Below, piece by piece: positions 1-10,503 of a DNA stretch of 64,000 nucleotides; the stretch's first letter is position 1; the number at the start of each line of letters is the position of its first letter. Below the pieces are notes generated by a model. It was given only the letters and a program-made list of their open reading frames with translations. It had not been told where the DNA came from and ran no database searches. Source of the stretch: Candidatus Omnitrophica bacterium UBA6215 (GTDB lineage Bacteria; Omnitrophota; Gorgyraeia; Pluralincolimonadales; Pluralincolimonadaceae). The translations under genes were made by a program, and so were the position numbers. The stretch is from NCBI GenBank assembly GCA_002421665.1, contig DISH01000004.1:309109-373108 (forward strand), written 5' to 3'.

Positions 1-414
1 GCGGGGGTCAACGTTGTTCTTCCAGTCGATAATGTCATAGCCGACAAATTCGACGCGAACGCGGATTCCAAGCTTGTCGGCGACCAGATACCCGATGGTT
101 GGATGGGCCTGGACGTCGGCCCGAAGACCGTCGAGGCGTTCAAGGCGGTACTTAAGGACGCGAAGACAATAGTGTGGAACGGCCCGCTCGGGGTGTTCGA
201 GATGGACAAGTTCTCAAAGGGGACAGAGGAGGTCGCTAAATACATCGCTACGCTCAAGGCCATATCCATCATCGGCGGAGGCGACACTGCGGCAGCCATA
301 GCAAAATTCAAGCTTGAGGACAAGATGACGCACATATCTACCGGAGGCGGTGCTTCGCTCGAGTATCTTGAGGGCAAGGTCCTTCCCGGTATAAAGGCAT
401 TGACGGATAAATAA
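1..414 (+). CDS. pgk: phosphoglycerate kinase, C-terminal part (5' end lies outside the window)
   Basis: Frame 1 is open from base 1 ([17 protein letters not shown]...GPLGVFE...GGGDTAAAI...[17 protein letters not shown]), a typical PGK C-terminal domain. Stop TAA at 412-414. tpiA follows immediately, the classic pgk-tpiA arrangement. Confidence 0.9.
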   Translation, partial: AGVNVVLPVDNVIADKFDANADSKLVGDQIPDGWMGLDVGPKTVEAFKAVLKDAKTIVWNGPLGVFEMDKFSKGTEEVAKYIATLKAISIIGGGDTAAAIAKFKLEDKMTHISTGGGASLEYLEGKVLPGIKALTDK

Positions 415-1175
415 TGATGAGAAGACCTATAATAGCAGGCAATTGGAAGATGTACAAGAACGTCGGCGAAGCTCTGGAACTTGTTGACGGGCTTAAAAAA
501 GAATTGAGTGCCGAGGCCTCTGTCGATATAGCGGTTTGCCCGCCGTTCACGGCGATATCTGAGATCGCAAAGGTCTTAAAGGGTTCCAACATCGCATGGG
601 GCTCCCAGGATATCTATTGGGAGGAAGAGGGCGCATTCACCGGCGAAGTGGCCCCCAGGATGATCACGGACCTCGGTTGTAAATTCTGTATAGTGGGACA
701 CTCGGAACGCAGGACGTATTTCGGAGAGACGAACGATACGGTCAACAAGAAAGTAAAGGCAGCCTTGAAGCACGATCTTACGCCCATCGTGTGCGTAGGC
801 GAAAGGCTTGAAGAGCGCGATTCCGGAAAAACCTTCGATGTGGTTAGAAGCCATGTAGAAGGCGGTTTGTCCGGGTTGTCGAAAGATGATGCTTCACGCA
901 TCGTGATTGCCTATGAACCCGTCTGGGCGATCGGTACCGGCAGGACGGCTACTCCCGAACAAGCGCAGGAAGTGCATAAGCATATACGTTCGCTGCTTGC
1001 GGGTATGTTCGGGGACGAAGTCGCCTCGAAGATAAGGATACAGTACGGCGGAAGTGTCAAGCCCGATAACGTTAAGGCTATCATGGCCGGACCGGATATC
1101 GACGGCGCGTTGGTCGGCGGCGCCAGCCTGAAAGTCAAGGACTTCGCCGAGATAGTAAAACTGAGCAAAAAGTAA
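414..1175 (+). CDS. tpiA: triosephosphate isomerase
   Basis: 253 aa. IIAGNWKMYKN N-terminal motif, catalytic SHSERR-like HSERR and AYEPVWAIGTG motifs. 1-nt overlap with the pgk stop. Confidence 0.95.
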   Translation: MMRRPIIAGNWKMYKNVGEALELVDGLKKELSAEASVDIAVCPPFTAISEIAKVLKGSNIAWGSQDIYWEEEGAFTGEVAPRMITDLGCKFCIVGHSERRTYFGETNDTVNKKVKAALKHDLTPIVCVGERLEERDSGKTFDVVRSHVEGGLSGLSKDDASRIVIAYEPVWAIGTGRTATPEQAQEVHKHIRSLLAGMFGDEVASKIRIQYGGSVKPDNVKAIMAGPDIDGALVGGASLKVKDFAEIVKLSKK

Positions 1176-1192
1176 AGGAGCAGCGTAATCCG

Positions 1193-1534
1193 ATGTATGC
1201 AGTATTGATAACTTTGCATGTAATATCGTGTCTTGTCCTGATCATGGTGATATTGCTGCAGGCCGGTAAGGGCGGCGGCATATCAGAGACTTTCGGAGGC
1301 AGCGGCGGCCTGCAGCAGATGCTGGGGACCAAAGCTTCCTCTTTCCTTACGAAAGCCACCGCTGCGTGCGCGATCCTGTTCCTTTCAACATCGTTGACGC
1401 TGGCACTTGTGTCCATGAATAAGGGCGGATCCGTGGTAGAAAGGGAATTGTCGAAAGAGCCGGCTGCTCCGGTTTCTCAACCGCAGGCCCAGGAGCAGGC
1501 GGGTACGGCTGGGGAGAAGTCCCCTAAACAATAG
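1193..1534 (+). CDS. secG: preprotein translocase subunit SecG
   Basis: 113 aa, two TM helices. LLQAGKGGG...FGGSG motif typical of SecG. Conserved pgk-tpiA-secG linkage. Confidence 0.85.
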   Translation: MYAVLITLHVISCLVLIMVILLQAGKGGGISETFGGSGGLQQMLGTKASSFLTKATAACAILFLSTSLTLALVSMNKGGSVVERELSKEPAAPVSQPQAQEQAGTAGEKSPKQ

Positions 1535-1547
1535 ACAGGAGACAGAT

Positions 1548-3149
1548 ATGCTTAAAAAAATATCCCGGACGATCGGGATATTTTTTTTAGTTTTTGTTTG
1601 TAGTCTGTGCGCGCCTCTCGAGGCATCCGATTACGGCGACGCCATAATTACCGCCTCGATCGGGGATGCCAGTTCGCTTATACCCATATTGGCTTCGGAC
1701 GGTTCTTCGGCCGAGATATGCGGCCTTATATATAACGGCCTTGTCAGGTACGACAAAGACCTTAACCTTGAAGGCGAATTGGCCGAGAATTGGGAAATAT
1801 CGGGCGACGGCCTTTCTATAGTATTCCACCTTCGCAAGAACGTGAAATGGCACGACGGTGCGCCTTTCACTGCCCGGGATGTCGAATTTACCTACCAAAA
1901 GCTCATAGACCCTGAAGTTAAGACCCCGTATGGCGGTGATTTTGAGAGGGTTAAGTCTCTCGACGTCATCGACGACCATACCGTTAAAGTCACTTACAAA
2001 GAACCTTTTTCTCCCGGCCTGTCAAGCTGGGGGATGGGGATCATGCCTAAACATCTCCTGGAAAATGAGGATCTCGGGAATACGAAATATTCACGTGCGC
2101 CCGTAGGTACGGGTCCTTACAGGTTCAGGGAATGGAAGACCGGAGAGAAGATAGTGCTGGAGTCAAACCATGATTACTTCGAGGGACGTCCTTACATAAA
2201 CCGCTACGTCTACAGGATAATACCGGACCAGGCGACCATATTTCTGGAACTTCAGACACAAGGTGTAGACGAAGTTACCCTTACCCCTTTGCAATACAGC
2301 AGGCAGACCGACACGCCGTTCTTCGTCAGATATTACAGAAAATACAGGTATCCCTCGTTCGGCTATACATATATGGGGTTCAACCTCAAGGAACCCTTGT
2401 TTGCCGACAGGAAGGTGAGGCAGGCGCTTGATTACGCCATAGATAAGGACGAGATAATAAGAGGGGTGCTCTTAGGACTGGGCAGGGTCTCTACGGGCCC
2501 GTTCCCGCCGGAATCATGGGCATGCGACAAAAATATCAAGCCATTGCCTTATGATCCGGCGAAGGCCAAGGTTTTGCTGAAAGAGGCCGGTTGGGAGGAC
2601 CATGACGGCGACGGCTGGCTCGATAAGGACGGCAGGAAGTTCAAGTTCACTATAATGACAAACCAGGGAAACGATACCAGGAAGACCACGGCCGAGATCA
2701 TACAGAGGCGGTTGAAGGATATAGGGATAGACGCCGAGGTCAGGATAATAGAATGGGCGACTTTCCTTTCAGAGTTCATAGATAAGGGAAAGTTTGACGC
2801 CGTCATAATGGGGTGGAGCCTGTCCAGGGACCCCGATTGCTATGATATCTGGCACTCTTCCAAGACTCGTTCCGGCGAGTTCAATTTTGTCGGCTATGCC
2901 AATAAAGAAGTCGACACGCTCCTTTTGCAGGGGCGCAGGGAGTTCGATCAGGGAAAGAGGAAGGAGATCTATAACAGGATAAACAGGCTGGTGTTCGATG
3001 ACCATCCGTACGTATTCCTTTATGTCTCGGACGTTTTGCCTATTGTCCATGAAAGGTTCAAAGGCATAGTTCCCGCCCCTGCCGGTATCGGATATAATTT
3101 CATTAAATGGTACGTGCCAAAGGCGCAGCAGAGGTATACCAGATGGTAG
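1548..3149 (+). CDS. ABC transporter substrate-binding protein, family 5 (peptide/nickel type, DppA/OppA-like)
   Basis: 533 aa with an N-terminal signal peptide ([26 protein letters not shown]). Family-5 SBP architecture, followed by two permeases and two ATPases. Confidence 0.85.
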   Translation: MLKKISRTIGIFFLVFVCSLCAPLEASDYGDAIITASIGDASSLIPILASDGSSAEICGLIYNGLVRYDKDLNLEGELAENWEISGDGLSIVFHLRKNVKWHDGAPFTARDVEFTYQKLIDPEVKTPYGGDFERVKSLDVIDDHTVKVTYKEPFSPGLSSWGMGIMPKHLLENEDLGNTKYSRAPVGTGPYRFREWKTGEKIVLESNHDYFEGRPYINRYVYRIIPDQATIFLELQTQGVDEVTLTPLQYSRQTDTPFFVRYYRKYRYPSFGYTYMGFNLKEPLFADRKVRQALDYAIDKDEIIRGVLLGLGRVSTGPFPPESWACDKNIKPLPYDPAKAKVLLKEAGWEDHDGDGWLDKDGRKFKFTIMTNQGNDTRKTTAEIIQRRLKDIGIDAEVRIIEWATFLSEFIDKGKFDAVIMGWSLSRDPDCYDIWHSSKTRSGEFNFVGYANKEVDTLLLQGRREFDQGKRKEIYNRINRLVFDDHPYVFLYVSDVLPIVHERFKGIVPAPAGIGYNFIKWYVPKAQQRYTRW

Positions 3150-4120
3150 GTTATATATCAAGACGTCTTATAGGAATGCTTCCCGTCCTATTCGGGATAA
3201 CGGTGGTGACCTTTTTTGTCATACATCTTTCTCCGGGTAAGCCTACCCGCCTTCAAGCGGAAATGTCGCCAAGGATATCGCTTGAGGCAAGGGAGAGGCT
3301 GGACAGGCTATACGGCCTGGACAAGCCCGTCCATGAACAATATTGGCAATGGGTTAAGAGACTGGCGAGGTTCGACCTGGGCAGGTCTTTTGTCGATGAA
3401 AGGCCTGTTTCAACCAAGATAATCGAGAGGCTTCCCATAACCATTGCTATAAACGTCCTGTCCTTGGCACTTATATTCTCGATAGCAGTACCTATAGGAG
3501 TGGCAAGTGCCGTAAGGGAGGGGTCTCTATTAGACAGGGTCTCTACCGTGGTCGTTTTTATCGGCTTTGCGGTGCCGACCTTTTGGCTGGCCTTGCTTCT
3601 AATGAGTTTCTTCGGTGTCCATCTGGGCTGGCTTCCGATATCCGGGATAAAGTCCATAGATTTTGAAGAATATAACATTATCGAGAAGTGCATAGATATG
3701 GCAGGACATCTGATCCTCCCGGTCTTTGTCTCAGCTTTTGCAGGGCTAGCTGGAATATCGAGATATATGCGCACAAGCATGCTGGACGTCCTTAACAGAG
3801 ATTTTATCAGGACGGCGCGCGCCAAGGGACTTCCGGAAAATAAGGTGATATATAAACATGCGCTCAAGAACGCCCTCCTGCCCATAGTGACCATCGTCGG
3901 CCTTTCCGTTCCGGGGTTGATAGGCGGGAGTGTAATATTCGAATCGATATACGCGATCCCGGGGATGGGCAAGCTTTTCTATGACTCGGTCATGGCCAGG
4001 GACTACCCGGTAATCATGGGCATCCTGTTCATCGGCGCCGTGTTGACACTGGTCGGAAACCTCCTGGCGGACGTGATATATGCATGCGTCGATCCAAGGA
4101 TAAGGGTCTCCGGAAGATGA
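3143..4120 (+). CDS. ABC transporter permease (DppB/OppB-like)
   Basis: Binding-protein-dependent transport permease with N-terminal [25 protein letters not shown] and the EAA-like loop ([10 protein letters not shown]). I chose the ATG at 3143 over the upstream ORF-track extension. Confidence 0.85.
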   Translation: MVGYISRRLIGMLPVLFGITVVTFFVIHLSPGKPTRLQAEMSPRISLEARERLDRLYGLDKPVHEQYWQWVKRLARFDLGRSFVDERPVSTKIIERLPITIAINVLSLALIFSIAVPIGVASAVREGSLLDRVSTVVVFIGFAVPTFWLALLLMSFFGVHLGWLPISGIKSIDFEEYNIIEKCIDMAGHLILPVFVSAFAGLAGISRYMRTSMLDVLNRDFIRTARAKGLPENKVIYKHALKNALLPIVTIVGLSVPGLIGGSVIFESIYAIPGMGKLFYDSVMARDYPVIMGILFIGAVLTLVGNLLADVIYACVDPRIRVSGR

Positions 4121-4929
4121 AAAAGTTCAATAAACTGGCGGTATTCGGATTTGTGGTAGTAGCGGTGATGGCCTCGGCTGCTGTCTTTGCACCATTCATC
4201 ACCGGGTGCGATCCCGGGGCTATAGACCTTGGCAACAGCCTTATGCCTCCTTCAATACAGCATATAATGGGTACGGATTCCCTTGGCAGGGACCTGTTCA
4301 GCAGGATGGTCTATGGTGCGCGCATATCTTTGAGCGTCGGCTTTGTGGCGGTGGGTATATCGGTCGTTGCCGGTATCATCCTCGGATCACTGGCCGGTTA
4401 TTACGGAGGCTGGGTCGACAGCGTTATATCCAGGTTCATAGATATCATGCTCTGTTTCCCGACTTTCTTCCTTATACTGGCTACCATAGCGGTACTTGGT
4501 CCCGGGATATGGAATATAATGGTGATAATAGGCCTTACCGGATGGATGGGCGCCGCCCGCCTTATCAGGGCCGAGATATTGAGCCTGAAAGAAAGGGAAT
4601 TCGTGGAAGCGGCGAGAGCAGTAGGGGCAAGCGACCTGCGGATAATAGCCTGCCACCTTATACCTAACGGCATCGGGCCGGTCCTTGTCAGCGCTACACT
4701 GGGAGTTGCCGGGGCAATACTTACCGAATCAGCTTTAAGTTTTCTCGGGTTGGGTGTCCAGCCGCCTGTTCCAAGCTGGGGCAACATATTGACGGAAGCC
4801 AAGTCGACCCTCGGTATCGCCTGGTGGATAACCGTTTTTCCGGGCCTTGCCATATTGATAACGGTGCTCGGTTATAATCTTCTCGGAGAAGGGCTCAGGG
4901 AACATTTTAATCCCCACAGGAGACAATGA
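4117..4929 (+). CDS. ABC transporter permease (DppC/OppC-like)
   Basis: Multi-TM permease with an EAA motif ([14 protein letters not shown]). The ATG at 4117 overlaps the upstream stop by 4 nt (ATGA). Confidence 0.85.
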   Translation: MKKFNKLAVFGFVVVAVMASAAVFAPFITGCDPGAIDLGNSLMPPSIQHIMGTDSLGRDLFSRMVYGARISLSVGFVAVGISVVAGIILGSLAGYYGGWVDSVISRFIDIMLCFPTFFLILATIAVLGPGIWNIMVIIGLTGWMGAARLIRAEILSLKEREFVEAARAVGASDLRIIACHLIPNGIGPVLVSATLGVAGAILTESALSFLGLGVQPPVPSWGNILTEAKSTLGIAWWITVFPGLAILITVLGYNLLGEGLREHFNPHRRQ

Positions 4930-5729
4930 GAAAAGAACCGCTTCTTGAGATCAAGGACCTGCATATCGGTTTTTCGCAGGCTGCAAAGGAAAGCGTTCCG
5001 GCTGTCCGCGGGGCGAACCTAAAGTTATACGAAGGCGAGATCCTGGGCCTGGTAGGGGAGTCCGGTTCCGGTAAATCGGTGACCGCGCTTTCTGTTACGC
5101 GCCTTCTCCCGGGATCGGCTAAGGTTATCTCGGGAGAGATAACCTTTGACGGAGCGGATATGCTGGACTTGCCGGAAGAGGACCTCAGGAAAGTACGCGG
5201 CTCGAGGATATCTTATGTTTTCCAGGATCCCGCGAGTTCGCTAAATCCGGTATTTACCGTAGGCGAGCAGATCATCGAGACGATAACGCTTCACAGGGGG
5301 ATATCCCGCGGCGAGGCTTTCGACCTTGCCGTCGGGTCGCTTTCAGATGTCGGGATGCCTGCGCCTTCCGAGATAATGTTCTCTTACCCGCACCAGCTAT
5401 CAGGAGGCATGAGGCAGAGGGCGATGATAGCCATGGCGATATCGTGCCGGCCCCGGCTCCTGATAGCCGATGAGCCTACGACCGCTCTTGACGTGACCGT
5501 CCAGGCGCAGATACTGGACCTGCTTTCGCGGTTGAAAGAACGCCTGGGATTGACCGTCCTTTTGATAACCCATGACCTGTCAATAGTATCCAGGGTCGCG
5601 CAGAAGACCGCCGTTATGCAGCAAGGCAGGATAGTTGAATATGGCGATACCGAACTGATATACAAAAGGCCGTCGCATCCCTATACAAAGGGGCTGATAA
5701 GTTGTATACCGAAGATGAGGAACCCCTGA
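4926..5729 (+). CDS. ABC transporter ATP-binding protein (DppD/OppD-like)
   Basis: Walker A GESGSGKS, signature LSGGMRQR, Walker B LLIADEPTTALD. 4-nt overlap with the permease gene. Confidence 0.9.
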   Translation: MRKEPLLEIKDLHIGFSQAAKESVPAVRGANLKLYEGEILGLVGESGSGKSVTALSVTRLLPGSAKVISGEITFDGADMLDLPEEDLRKVRGSRISYVFQDPASSLNPVFTVGEQIIETITLHRGISRGEAFDLAVGSLSDVGMPAPSEIMFSYPHQLSGGMRQRAMIAMAISCRPRLLIADEPTTALDVTVQAQILDLLSRLKERLGLTVLLITHDLSIVSRVAQKTAVMQQGRIVEYGDTELIYKRPSHPYTKGLISCIPKMRNP

Positions 5730-5730
5730 T

Positions 5731-6699
5731 ATGCCTTTTATACTATCCGTAAAAAATATAAAGAAATATTTTCCCGTGGAGAGGGGTTTTACCAGGAAGG
5801 TTATCGGGACAGTCCGTGCCGTCGACGGAATATCTTTCGATATCGAAAAGGGCAAGACCCTGGGTCTTGTCGGAGAGTCCGGTTGCGGGAAATCAACCCT
5901 GTCGAGGCTTATTTTGAACCTGCTGAAACCCGATTCCGGAGAGGTGATATTTGAGGGGACCAACGTCAGCGGGTTGACCCAGTCGCGCATGCGGCCGTTA
6001 AGGAAAGACCTGCAGGTTATATTCCAGGACCCTTATAACTCGCTTAACCCTAGGATGAGGATACAGCAGATACTTTCCGAACCTCTGTCTGTGCACGGGA
6101 TGGCAGGCCCCGCTGAATGCGCGAAAATGGCTGCCGAAATGCTCAGAAGGGTAGGTTTGAAATCCGAGCACCTTTCCAGGTATCCTCACCAGTTCAGCGG
6201 AGGAGAGAGGCAAAGGATAGGTATCGCGCGTGCCCTGATGACCAAACCGAAACTGCTGGTATGCGACGAACCGGTCTCCTCGCTCGACCTTTCCATACAG
6301 GCCCAGATACTCTCGCTCATGAAAGATCTGAAAGAGGAACTGGGGCTTTCATACCTGTTCATATCGCATGACCTGAGGGTCGTAGAGTCAGTTTCGGATG
6401 AAGTGCTGGTAATGTACCTCGGCAAGCCTTTCGAGGTAGCTTCTACGGGTGAACTTTATTCTTCGCCTATGCATCCTTATACTGAAGCACTCTTTTCCGC
6501 AATAAACTCCGGTAAACGCGTGTTTTCCGTGAAAGGGGAGCCCCCTTCGCCCATTAAGCCTCCTTGCGGGTGCAAATTCCACCCGCGCTGCCCTTATGCG
6601 GAACAGGGATGCAGGACGGAGGAACCTTTGCTTAAAAAAGTTAAGCCCGGCCACTTCGTAGCTTGTCCTCCGAGGGTAAAACAGCTTCTCGGCAATTGA
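5731..6699 (+). CDS. ABC transporter ATP-binding protein (DppF/OppF-like)
   Basis: Walker A GESGCGKST, signature FSGGERQR, Walker B LLVCDEPVSSLD, and the C-terminal oligopeptide-ATPase extension. Confidence 0.9.
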   Translation: MPFILSVKNIKKYFPVERGFTRKVIGTVRAVDGISFDIEKGKTLGLVGESGCGKSTLSRLILNLLKPDSGEVIFEGTNVSGLTQSRMRPLRKDLQVIFQDPYNSLNPRMRIQQILSEPLSVHGMAGPAECAKMAAEMLRRVGLKSEHLSRYPHQFSGGERQRIGIARALMTKPKLLVCDEPVSSLDLSIQAQILSLMKDLKEELGLSYLFISHDLRVVESVSDEVLVMYLGKPFEVASTGELYSSPMHPYTEALFSAINSGKRVFSVKGEPPSPIKPPCGCKFHPRCPYAEQGCRTEEPLLKKVKPGHFVACPPRVKQLLGN

Positions 6700-6701
6700 G
6701 A

Positions 6702-6730
6702 TTGCTTTTTGCCGGCTCTTCCTATATAAT
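6702..6730 (+). promoter_or_regulatory. putative sigma70-type promoter (TTGCTT-N17-TATAAT) upstream of the marC-like gene and glgC
   Basis: -35 TTGCTT 6702-6707 and -10 TATAAT 6725-6730, 17-nt spacer. RBS AAAAGGGGA precedes the ATG at 6745. Confidence 0.4.
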
Positions 6731-6744
6731 AGCAGAAAAGGGGA

Positions 6745-7380
6745 ATGGATATGATCGGCGGGATGTTTAAATTGTTGGCGCCTATAGCGCCTTTTATCCT
6801 GACTTTTATACCTTTATTCGTGGCGGTGAACGCTTTCGGCAATCTCCCTCTGTACCTGGCCTTGACCGAGGGGATGAAGTCCGAGACCCGGCATAAGATA
6901 GTGCTTAACAGCATTATTGTCGCCAGTGTCATAGCCGTACTGTTCATGTTCTTCGGCAATCTGCTGCTCAGGCTCATGGGTGTCACGGTCCCGGATTTCA
7001 GGATAGCAGGCGGTGCGCTGCTACTGGTCCTGGCCGTTCACCTTTTGCTTCCCGGAGAGGATAAAAGGGGTAAACCCAGCACGGATATAGGGGTGTTTCC
7101 TCTTGGTACGCCGCTTATAACCGGTCCGGCCGTACTTACCACGATACTTATATTGCGCGAGGCTTACGGTATCATACCTACGCTGGTGGCATTGGCGCTT
7201 AATATGGTATTTATTTGGCTGGTTCTCTGGAAGGCCGACTTTTTCATAAAAGTGCTCGGCAAGGGCGGCGCCCGCGCGGTAGCGAAAGTTTCGGACATAT
7301 TCCTGGCGGCGATAGCCGTCATGATGATGAGGATAGGGATAACGGAGATCGTAGCGGTTATCATGTCGATGAAGAAATAA
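6745..7380 (+). CDS. MarC family (UPF0056) integral membrane protein
   Basis: 211 aa, multi-TM. FNAFGNLPLYLALTEG motif characteristic of the MarC/UPF0056 family. Confidence 0.8.
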   Translation: MDMIGGMFKLLAPIAPFILTFIPLFVAVNAFGNLPLYLALTEGMKSETRHKIVLNSIIVASVIAVLFMFFGNLLLRLMGVTVPDFRIAGGALLLVLAVHLLLPGEDKRGKPSTDIGVFPLGTPLITGPAVLTTILILREAYGIIPTLVALALNMVFIWLVLWKADFFIKVLGKGGARAVAKVSDIFLAAIAVMMMRIGITEIVAVIMSMKK

Positions 7381-7381
7381 A

Positions 7382-8611
7382 ATGAAAGACGTCATAGCGT
7401 TCATAATGGCCGGAGGTAAGGGAGAGAGACTTTATCCGCTTACCAGGGATCGCACCAAGCCTGCCGTTCCGTTCGGCGGAATATACAGGATCATTGATGT
7501 TACCTTGTCGAATTGCATAAATTCCGAGATACGCAGGATACATGTCCTCCTGCAGTATAAGTGCAATTCGCTTATCAGGCACCTCAGGCTCGGATGGAAC
7601 ATATTCGACGCGGAACTCGGCGAATATATAGACATCGTCCCGGCGCAGATGAGGACCGGAGACACCTGGTATATGGGTACAGCGGATTCTATATACCAGA
7701 ACCTCTATTTTATCGAGACAGAAAGACCCGAGCATGTCCTTATACTCGCGGGCGACCATATCTACAAGATGGATTATTCGGAGATGGTCGAATACCACAA
7801 AGCGAAAGGCGCAGATTGTACTATAGCCGTTGTCGAGATAAACAAGAGGGATTCGAAGCATTTCGGCATAGTGGAGGTCGACCGCAATGAGAGGATTACC
7901 GGTTTCGAGGAGAAGCCGGCAGTCCCCGCCAAGACCATTCCCGGGGATTCTGAGCACGTATATGCTTCAATGGGAGTGTATGTTTTCAGCACGAACGTGC
8001 TCAAGGAGGAACTGGGCATAGATGCCCTCAAAGCGGACAGCAAGCACGATTTCGGCAAGAACATCCTGCCTTCCATGGTCGCGAGGAAAGCGAAAGTATT
8101 CGCGTATAATTTCAAGGATGAGAACAAGAAAGAGGCTAAGTACTGGAGGGACATAGGAACCCTCGACGCTTACTACGAGGCTAACCTGGACCTGGTCAAT
8201 GTCACGCCCATATTCAATCTTTATGACAGCGAATGGCCGATAAGGACATACATGGAGAAATATCCTCCGGCAAAGTTCGTTTTCGCCGGCGGCGATGACG
8301 GTATGCGCATAGGCGCGGCTCTCGATTCCATGGTTGCCAACGGGTGTATAATCTCGGGCGGCAGAGTGGAGCGTTCGATACTTTCCAATAATGTAAGGAT
8401 CAACAGCTATTCGAGCGTCATGGATTCTATCATAATGGAAGGCGTTGACATAGGGCGCAATGCAAAGATACGGCGCGCCATAATAGATAAGGATGTGAAG
8501 GTCCCGTCGGGGACCGAGATAGGTTATGATATCGAGGAGGACAAGAAGAGGTTCGCGGTGACTGAGTCCGGCCTGGTAGTTGTAGCCAAGGGAACGGTCA
8601 TAGAGAGATAG
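7382..8611 (+). CDS. glgC: glucose-1-phosphate adenylyltransferase
   Basis: 409 aa. AGGKGERLYPLTRDRTKPAVPFGGIYRIID sugar-nucleotidyltransferase N-terminus plus the C-terminal left-handed beta-helix, typical of GlgC. Confidence 0.9.
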   Translation: MKDVIAFIMAGGKGERLYPLTRDRTKPAVPFGGIYRIIDVTLSNCINSEIRRIHVLLQYKCNSLIRHLRLGWNIFDAELGEYIDIVPAQMRTGDTWYMGTADSIYQNLYFIETERPEHVLILAGDHIYKMDYSEMVEYHKAKGADCTIAVVEINKRDSKHFGIVEVDRNERITGFEEKPAVPAKTIPGDSEHVYASMGVYVFSTNVLKEELGIDALKADSKHDFGKNILPSMVARKAKVFAYNFKDENKKEAKYWRDIGTLDAYYEANLDLVNVTPIFNLYDSEWPIRTYMEKYPPAKFVFAGGDDGMRIGAALDSMVANGCIISGGRVERSILSNNVRINSYSSVMDSIIMEGVDIGRNAKIRRAIIDKDVKVPSGTEIGYDIEEDKKRFAVTESGLVVVAKGTVIER

Positions 8612-9316
8612 ATGCCCTCTGGTGTTTCAAGACAAATCCGCAGTATAAGGCGGTTGCTGTTCAAGAGGTTCGGCCGGCTGGAAGTGAGGCCGGAGAAGGA
8701 TGCCGTCGGGGAATTGGTAAAGACCATCCTTTCGCAGAATACCTCGGATGTGACGTCTCTTCGAGCCTTCGATAACCTGAAAAAAGGCTTCAAGGACTGG
8801 GACAGCCTGAGAAAGTCGGGCGCGACTTCGATCAAGAAGCGGATCAAGTCTGCCGGGTTGTCCAACATAAAAGCTCCCAGGATAAAGGGTGCTTTGAACG
8901 AGATCGTCCGGCGCAGAGGGGCGCTGGATCTGGGTTTTCTCGGCGGGCTGGATACGGGCTCAGGATACAGGTTCCTGAGATCGATAAAAGGTATCGGCCC
9001 GAAAACCGCAGCTATTGTACTGTTATTTTCATTTGGGAAACCGATAATGCCCGTAGACACGCACATATTGAGGGTAATGAAAAGGCTCGGTCTTATAGGC
9101 CCGAAGACAACCAGGGAAAAGGCCCAGGATTTCCTTACCGAGAAATCTCCTAAACACGCCATCAAGGAGTTCCATTTACACCTGATACTCCACGGCAGGG
9201 AGATATGCACGGCCCGGGCCCCTAAATGCCTGTTATGTAATTTGAGGTTGTTGTGTAAATATTACGGAGACAGATATGGCGGGAACAACGCTAAAGATAG
9301 GAAAAAGAGAGTTTAG
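8612..9316 (+). CDS. endonuclease III-like HhH-GPD base-excision DNA glycosylase with a 4Fe-4S loop
   Basis: [12 protein letters not shown] motif, HhH GIGPKTA, and a C-terminal C-X6-C-X2-C-X5-C cluster loop ([17 protein letters not shown]). Confidence 0.8.
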   Translation: MPSGVSRQIRSIRRLLFKRFGRLEVRPEKDAVGELVKTILSQNTSDVTSLRAFDNLKKGFKDWDSLRKSGATSIKKRIKSAGLSNIKAPRIKGALNEIVRRRGALDLGFLGGLDTGSGYRFLRSIKGIGPKTAAIVLLFSFGKPIMPVDTHILRVMKRLGLIGPKTTREKAQDFLTEKSPKHAIKEFHLHLILHGREICTARAPKCLLCNLRLLCKYYGDRYGGNNAKDRKKRV

Positions 9317-10052
9317 TTCAAGACTGCTTGTCGGGACCGGCAAATATTCGACGTTCGTGGTAATGGAACAGGCCCTTGAGGCCTCAGGCGCGGAGATAGT
9401 GACCGTGGCGATACGCAGGCTGGACCTGAGCGACCCCAAGAAAGAGTCCCTTCTTGACCATATAGACAGGAATAAATATGTTATATTACCCAACACTGCG
9501 GCCTGTTATACGGCCGACGATGCTATACGCATTGCACGGATGGCCAGGGCCATGGGGCTTTCCGATATGGTAAAGCTTGAGGTCATAGGAGATGAAAAGA
9601 CCCTTATGCCGGATACCGAAGCACTCCTGAGCGCTACAAAGGTCCTGGTAAAGGAAGGTTTTGTTGTAATGCCCTATACCAATGACGATCCAATAATGGC
9701 CAAGAAACTTGAGGATGCCGGGGCTGCCTGTGTAATGCCATTGGCTTCACCTATCGGTTCTGGGATGGGGATATTGAATACCGTCAATATCAGGTTTATC
9801 AAAGAGGCTGTAAAGGTTCCCGTGATAGTCGACGCCGGCGTAGGTACCGCTTCGGACGCGGCCATAGCCATGGAGCTGGGCGTAGACGGCGTTCTCATGA
9901 ATACGGGCATAGCCGGGGCAAAGGATGCTGTAGAAATGGCCAGGGCGATGAAGCTGGCTGTTGAGGCGGGCAGGCTGGCGTTCCTGTCCGGCAGGATACC
10001 AAAAAAGGAATATGCTTCTCCGTCAAGCCCGGCAGAAGGTATTGTCAAGTAA
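9276..10052 (+). CDS. thiG: thiazole synthase
   Basis: 258 aa, collinear with ThiG throughout (LKIG...RLLVGTGKY...LPNTA...VKLEVIGD...MPY..DD...AKKLE..G..VMP..SPIGSG.GI...[25 protein letters not shown]). Overlaps the upstream gene by 41 nt. Confidence 0.9.
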   Translation: MAGTTLKIGKREFSSRLLVGTGKYSTFVVMEQALEASGAEIVTVAIRRLDLSDPKKESLLDHIDRNKYVILPNTAACYTADDAIRIARMARAMGLSDMVKLEVIGDEKTLMPDTEALLSATKVLVKEGFVVMPYTNDDPIMAKKLEDAGAACVMPLASPIGSGMGILNTVNIRFIKEAVKVPVIVDAGVGTASDAAIAMELGVDGVLMNTGIAGAKDAVEMARAMKLAVEAGRLAFLSGRIPKKEYASPSSPAEGIVK

Positions 10053-10053
10053 T

Positions 10054-10503
10054 ATGGTCAGGAAGGCGCGGGTTAAGGATATCAGGCGTATTCATGAGTT
10101 GATAGGATTTTACGCCGCAAAGAAGGATCTTTTACCGCGTCCGGAGAGCGAGATATCCGAAGCGGTAAGGGATTTCTTCGTCTTCGACAGCGGATCGAAT
10201 ATCCTCGGCTGCGCCGCTCTCCATATATATTCGGACAAACTTGCCGAGATAAGGTCGCTTGCCGCAGACAGCGCTCATCTTAATAAGGGAATAGGCGGCA
10301 AGCTTGTCGATGCCTGCCTTGAGGAGGCCGCTAACCTTGGGATAAAGAGCGTGTTTGCCCTGACAAAGAAGACGGAGTTCTTCGGGAAGTTCGGTTTTGT
10401 CCAGGTCAGCAAGAATAAACTTCCGCAGAAGATATGGAATGACTGCAGTATATGTCCTAAATTCGCAAAGTGCGACGAAGTCGCATACATCAAGGAGTTG
10501 TAA
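10054..10503 (+). CDS. GNAT family N-acetyltransferase, short-form N-acetylglutamate synthase (ArgA C-domain)-like
   Basis: 149 aa. The C-terminal half (IRSLAADSAHLNKGIGGKLVDACLEEAANLGIKSVFALTKKTEFFGKFGFVQVSKNKLP) parallels the E. coli ArgA acetyltransferase domain and mycobacterial short NAGS. ATG at 10054, right after the thiG stop; the ORF-track upstream extension is rejected. Confidence 0.6.
   Translation: MVRKARVKDIRRIHELIGFYAAKKDLLPRPESEISEAVRDFFVFDSGSNILGCAALHIYSDKLAEIRSLAADSAHLNKGIGGKLVDACLEEAANLGIKSVFALTKKTEFFGKFGFVQVSKNKLPQKIWNDCSICPKFAKCDEVAYIKEL

Noticed and set aside
4206-4667. 153-aa + strand alternative-frame ORF inside the dppC-like permease. Others of this kind are 3216-3422, 7561-7890, 15622-15864, 22995-23252, 24358-24745 and 55567-55764.
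   Set aside because: These are out-of-frame overlaps of conserved genes on the same strand, with Arg-rich compositions and no independent start signals.
9961-10053. Upstream extension of the GNAT ORF into the thiG 3' end
   Set aside because: It overlaps conserved thiG codons. The ATG at 10054 immediately follows the thiG stop and gives a normal GNAT N-terminus.
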